A stretch of 64,000 nt of DNA from a virus: IMG/VR virus record IMGVR_UViG_3300042387_001967. One strand, 5' to 3'. Positions 59,910 to 64,000 of the stretch are shown here, in pieces. Under the pieces are notes generated by a model, which worked only from the letters and a program-made list of their open reading frames with translations, was not told where the DNA came from and did not search any database. Position 1 is the stretch's first letter, and each line of letters starts with the position of its first letter. The translations under genes were made by a program, and so were the position numbers.

Positions 59910-61385
59910 CTACGCGCTGGCCACGGCGTCCGACGCAACCGCCGGCTCGAGAATCGGAGACTGCTCCTGCTTCATCGCCATGAACTGATCGACAGGGTCC
60001 GGGTTGTTCGGCTGCAACCGTTCGCCCTGCTCCTGCATCATGTCGCCGCCCTCGGCATCCTCACTCATGCCGCCGGCAGAGTCAGACGTGAGTTCCTCCT
60101 GCATGGCGTCGCTGACTGCCGGATCTCCGGACGGCATCCGACCTTCAAGCGCGGGGTCCGCCGCCAGCATATCGTCGCTGATTGCCGGGTCTTCGGCCAT
60201 CATCTGTTCGAGCTCTGCGGAGAGCTGTGTGTCCGCCGCGGTCTTTTCCAGAATCTGCGGACGGAAATAAGTCAGCTGCAGCAGGGTGGCAATTCCGGCG
60301 AATTTTTCGATCTGCTCTTCGCCGTGCGACAGGACCTCGTCATACAGACTCGGCACGAGATCGGCGAACTCCGCAGCGGCCAGCGCTGCGACAACGGGCC
60401 GGAGCCTGGCGGACTTGCAGATCGCAACCGCCGCAAGCGCGCGCTCTGGTAGCGGCAGCGGCTCATCCGATGCTCCGCGGGCGAACTCCACCAACGCTTC
60501 CATTCCGCCGTCGCGCTGGGTTTGCACCATCCCGGCGATACCATCCCGGGCTGCCTTGTGCAGCAAGTCCGAGGTGACACACACCGATGCCGATTTTTCG
60601 TGGGCCATCTGATCCACAGCCAGCATCAGGAATTCCTGGGCCGCAGCTTCACAGTCCGCCTCCGCCCACAACGTCGCGGCCGACTTCAGCTGCTCTTCGT
60701 CGCCAACCTCCGGCTCACTCAGGTGGCCGTCGGCAGCCACCTGGCGCACGCGCTTCGGGTATCTGGACTTCGGTGTCTGGACTGTCGGAAAGGCTTTGCG
60801 CAGTGTCGCGAAAGTGACCCCGCCGGCCGCGAGCGCAGCCAGCAGCGGCAGCGCCACAGGCGTCGCCGAGATCAGGTCATACAGATTCATCTTGGCATCC
60901 ACTGCCGGAGCCGCCGCGGCACGTTTCGACACCTCGAGGTCCGCGGCGAGAAGCGCCTCGCCCTGCGCTTCGTCCAGCAGCTTCTGCTTGTGCTTTTTCT
61001 GCAGGTAATTGTAGACGGCCTGGGTCAGCGCGTAAGCGCCGCCGGCGCCCAGAATGCCGCCCGTGACAGCCAACCCGGGCGCGATCCACCGATTCACGTC
61101 TGACGCAGACTTCTGCTGCGGGTGCGGGGATGAGATGTAGAGCGTGTCGTCGTTCAGGCGCGATTTGTCCGCGAGCTCGTTCTCCTCGCGCAGCGACTTC
61201 AGATAGTTCAGCAGCGCCACGACCGCGCTGGCGCCGGCCCCCAGGGCCATGCCGCCGACGGCCATGTTGCGCACGAGACTTGTTCCGCGCGCGTCTTGCG
61301 CGGCGGCTACATCCGGCGAGTTGACCGTGCCGGTGAGTTTACCGGCGGCTCCTCTTGCTACAGTTTCGATCAGGTTGGTTGGCAT
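59910..61385 (-). CDS. putative virion/internal protein
   Basis: Gly/Ala hydrophobic helices, acidic C-terminus, seven K-x-A motifs. Confidence 0.6.
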   Translation of the reverse strand: MPTNLIETVARGAAGKLTGTVNSPDVAAAQDARGTSLVRNMAVGGMALGAGASAVVALLNYLKSLREENELADKSRLNDDTLYISSPHPQQKSASDVNRWIAPGLAVTGGILGAGGAYALTQAVYNYLQKKHKQKLLDEAQGEALLAADLEVSKRAAAAPAVDAKMNLYDLISATPVALPLLAALAAGGVTFATLRKAFPTVQTPKSRYPKRVRQVAADGHLSEPEVGDEEQLKSAATLWAEADCEAAAQEFLMLAVDQMAHEKSASVCVTSDLLHKAARDGIAGMVQTQRDGGMEALVEFARGASDEPLPLPERALAAVAICKSARLRPVVAALAAAEFADLVPSLYDEVLSHGEEQIEKFAGIATLLQLTYFRPQILEKTAADTQLSAELEQMMAEDPAISDDMLAADPALEGRMPSGDPAVSDAMQEELTSDSAGGMSEDAEGGDMMQEQGERLQPNNPDPVDQFMAMKQEQSPILEPAVASDAVASA

Positions 61386-61389
61386 GGTG

Positions 61390-61869
61390 TCAGAACTGCA
61401 TGTATTGGACTTCTTGGTAAGTGATGAACACGACCCAGGAGCCTTCGTAGGGTTGCTTTTCCAGCACGGAGATCGCCAGCGTCGGCGTCTCCGGGTCTGC
61501 GGATGCTTTCAGCAGGCGGTTGTACTCGGCCAGGTCCGCCGGTTTCGATAGTGTGAGTATTTTGGTCTCGGGGTTGACGAGTCGCACGGATGACGGCTGC
61601 TCCGCCATCTGCCCGCGGATGGACGGTTTGCTTCCCCACCTGGTATCGGTCGGTCGCGTCGGCGTTTCGTCGTCATCCTTGGTTGCGTCCTTGTCGTCCG
61701 GACCCGCGGGCGGACGGTCTTCAAACCGATCCGCATCGACTTTCGCGAACTTCTCCTGGTCCTCCGCCGAAAGCGCGGAGGCGGATTTTTCAAACATCTC
61801 TTCAGCGCTATCCATCAGCGCGGCTTCCTGCTCTGCGGGCGTTGAGCGTTTTGTTTTCGCGTCAGACAT
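61390..61869 (-). CDS. putative virion protein
   Basis: FEKSASA; compact C-terminal domain. Confidence 0.55.
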   Translation of the reverse strand: MSDAKTKRSTPAEQEAALMDSAEEMFEKSASALSAEDQEKFAKVDADRFEDRPPAGPDDKDATKDDDETPTRPTDTRWGSKPSIRGQMAEQPSSVRLVNPETKILTLSKPADLAEYNRLLKASADPETPTLAISVLEKQPYEGSWVVFITYQEVQYMQF

Positions 61870-62446
61870 TGTAGCGTGAGCGTGTTGTTTTTGCGGCGGG
61901 TTGAACTTCGTTCGCCATGTCCTCCTCGATGTCGTTCTTCAGCTTTCGATACGCCTTGACCTTCTCCATAATGATCGCGTTCTCCGCCGATGACTGCTCG
62001 GCGTTGCGTGACAGCAGAAACGCGAGCGAACCCAGTGCAGTTCCGGTGAGCGCACCGCCGGCTGTGAGGGTCTTGAGGATGTTCCCGCCGATGTTGTCAT
62101 GCAACGCCACGGCGGCCGGCAGCAAGGCAGCCCCGGCCTCCTTGCGCAGCTCCTCCTGGTTTGCGAGCGCGCGACGGACACTGTCCGTGAAGCGCCGATA
62201 AGAGGCGTGCCACGTCGCAGTTTTTTCGAGGTTGCGGAAGAGAATGCACACCGGCGAATGCGCGTCGCCGAATCCTTCAAAAAGATCTGCGGCCAGCTTG
62301 CACAGCTGACGCTCAAAAGGGATGCCCTCTTCGCTGGTCATGACGCGCTGTCTGCCCTGCCGACGCAGCATCTCGTTGCGTCCGATTCCGAACGCGGAAG
62401 CGGCCAGTCCTTGTCCAAACGCGAATCCTACAGCGGTTGCATTCAT
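61862..62446 (-). CDS. putative virion protein
   Basis: CKLAA, EKTAT, RKEAG; hydrophobic helix. Confidence 0.55.
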   Translation of the reverse strand: MNATAVGFAFGQGLAASAFGIGRNEMLRRQGRQRVMTSEEGIPFERQLCKLAADLFEGFGDAHSPVCILFRNLEKTATWHASYRRFTDSVRRALANQEELRKEAGAALLPAAVALHDNIGGNILKTLTAGGALTGTALGSLAFLLSRNAEQSSAENAIIMEKVKAYRKLKNDIEEDMANEVQPAAKTTRSRYNV

Positions 62447-62451
62447 AAATG

Positions 62452-63315
62452 TTACAGATAGTCGGTGATTGAAACTTGTCCCAGAATGTTGCGGCTCGGA
62501 CCGGCGTCGTAGCCATACCCCATCGCGCCGCCCAGCATACCACCCGCAATCATTGGTAGCAAGCCTTTGGAGCCCAGAAAACGCACGGCCAGCGCGCCAA
62601 TGCCGGCACCAGTCGCAGTGCGGAGTAGGCGATAGAGGTCCTCCTGATCGGAAGATCTGGCACTCGCAAGAGCGCGCAGGATCAGCGCGCGCTGTCCGGA
62701 GTTGATCGACGGATCGCTGTTCAACAGTTGAATGACGAGAGGCAACCAGTCCGTCGCTGCCTGCTTTGAGAGCCACGCCTCGCGGCGGTTGTGCTTGCTC
62801 TGCGCCCATGCAGTGCCGGCCGCGCCAACGCCGCCGGCAAGCAGCGCAGCCATGAGCGCGCGCTTGATCGGACTCCCACCCTCCCGCTTGCTGGGTCCCC
62901 ACAGATAGCCACCCACTCCGCCGGCCAGCGCCGACAGCAGCCCGGCCGTTCCGACGGCCTTGCCCTGCGACGAACTCCCCCAGTCAAGCGCCTTGCCGAT
63001 GCCGCTGGCAATCGAATCGTTCCACTGCCGCGCGGGGGTTTTCGGAATGCGCTGCAGCGGCGCATACCCGTTGTTGGCCGCTTCTTGCAGATGCATCATC
63101 CGGTAGGCCGGATCGAAACTCAGCTTGTACTCGTCGGGAGTCATATACACCCGGGAGTCGTCTGGCGAGAGCCCAATGGAAGCCTTCGGATGTTGGAACG
63201 AAATTTTACCGTCAGGTTCGTTCCGAAAATCCCACACCTCGCCCTGCAGGTGGTGCGGAATGGACTTCGGAACCGCGCCGTGCGGTATGAGCGGATGCAC
63301 GATCTCCTCGCTCAT
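62452..63315 (-). CDS. putative virion protein with Gly-rich hydrophobic helices
   Basis: SKQAAT; multiple GxxxG helices. Confidence 0.55.
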   Translation of the reverse strand: MSEEIVHPLIPHGAVPKSIPHHLQGEVWDFRNEPDGKISFQHPKASIGLSPDDSRVYMTPDEYKLSFDPAYRMMHLQEAANNGYAPLQRIPKTPARQWNDSIASGIGKALDWGSSSQGKAVGTAGLLSALAGGVGGYLWGPSKREGGSPIKRALMAALLAGGVGAAGTAWAQSKHNRREAWLSKQAATDWLPLVIQLLNSDPSINSGQRALILRALASARSSDQEDLYRLLRTATGAGIGALAVRFLGSKGLLPMIAGGMLGGAMGYGYDAGPSRNILGQVSITDYL

Positions 63316-63551
63316 CGCCGTCCTCCACTTCCGTTCCCGACGTGCGGGGAGTTCTGTCCTGGATACTTTGCCACCCAGTTCTCCGAGTCAAACCGGTCCG
63401 CTGCGTCTGTCGCACTTCCACGCGGAGTCGCCGCGTGATCGTGGTCGAAACTCAGTTCGCCTTCCGTCAACTTCTTGGACGCGGCTGCGGCAACTTCCTG
63501 CACCGCCGCCTCGCGGAGTTTTCGTGGGTATTGGGATTTCTGGTGAGACAT
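63312..63551 (-). CDS. hypothetical protein
   Basis: 79 aa, ATGA overlap. Confidence 0.6.
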   Translation of the reverse strand: MSHQKSQYPRKLREAAVQEVAAAASKKLTEGELSFDHDHAATPRGSATDAADRFDSENWVAKYPGQNSPHVGNGSGGRR

Positions 63552-63560
63552 CGCATCGAG

Positions 63561-63589
63561 ACTATACGATTATTGCTGCTGTCCGGCAA
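63561..63589 (-). promoter_or_regulatory. sigma70-like promoter TTGCCG-N17-TATAGT
   Basis: Canonical spacing; -10 ends 10 nt upstream of ATG 63551. Confidence 0.45.
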
Positions 63590-64000
63590 GCATTTGCCCG
63601 ACTTGGGCGCGACCTTGCGAACCAGCCTGCGCGCGCATCTTTTCCATGGCGTCTTTCGCCGCGGCGTAAAGCGTCGGATTGATTGCCTCGGCCCGCTGCA
63701 TCTCCTTGCGGTGCGAATTCGGCTGCTGCGTGTGCATCTGGATCCACTGCTGGGCGATCTCCTGGGCGCGCTGCTGCACCATGGTCGGGTCAGCATTTGT
63801 ATCGACGGCGTAATCCAACGGAGAAGCGGGGGCGCCGCCTGCGCCGGCCGCCGCACCAGCCCCGCCCTGAGCGGTCTGCTGCATGGACTGCTCGGCCGCT
63901 GCCATTGCGAGATCGGCCATGGAACCCTGCGTGCGTTCCTTCTCGTAATTCTTCGCAAGCTCTTCGGCTCCGCGCTGAATCTCCTGATCCTCCTCGATGG
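63570..64000 (-). CDS. C-terminus of a larger Q/A-rich structural protein (portal-like tail, tentative); 5' end off window
   Basis: Frame open from the window edge (IEEDQEIQRG...) to TAA at 63570. Confidence 0.55.
   Translation of the reverse strand, partial: IEEDQEIQRGAEELAKNYEKERTQGSMADLAMAAAEQSMQQTAQGGAGAAAGAGGAPASPLDYAVDTNADPTMVQQRAQEIAQQWIQMHTQQPNSHRKEMQRAEAINPTLYAAAKDAMEKMRAQAGSQGRAQVGQMLAGQQQ

Overview
64 kb from a high-GC large tailed bacteriophage genome. Essentially every credible gene is on the minus strand, and the long plus-strand ORFs are shadow ORFs. In transcription order (right to left) the window holds: (i) a cluster of Ala/Gly/Gln-rich putative virion proteins sharing a recurrent K-x-A-[AS] motif (59.9-64 kb, 54.1-56.2 kb, 51.9-52.1 kb), interrupted by a small non-structural island; (ii) a multisubunit RNA polymerase gene encoding the C-terminal half of beta fused to the N-terminus of beta' (52171-54084); (iii) a ~42 kb chain of about 80 mostly small, translationally coupled accessory genes. 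These include peptide deformylase, a C5 DNA methyltransferase, NAD-dependent DNA ligase, two GHKL ATPases, sigma-region-4/HTH proteins, a stand-alone WYL-like protein followed by a structured RNA-like element, and two acyl-carrier-protein homologues lacking the phosphopantetheine serine; (iv) the continuation of beta' with the NADFDGD active site, interrupted immediately after the motif by a 642-aa LAGLIDADG intein that lacks a canonical N-terminal nucleophile (6997-10131); (v) tail-fibre/adhesin genes and a partial PAS-domain gene at the left edge. I found no tRNA, rRNA or CRISPR array. All family assignments come from motif recognition by eye, not database searches.
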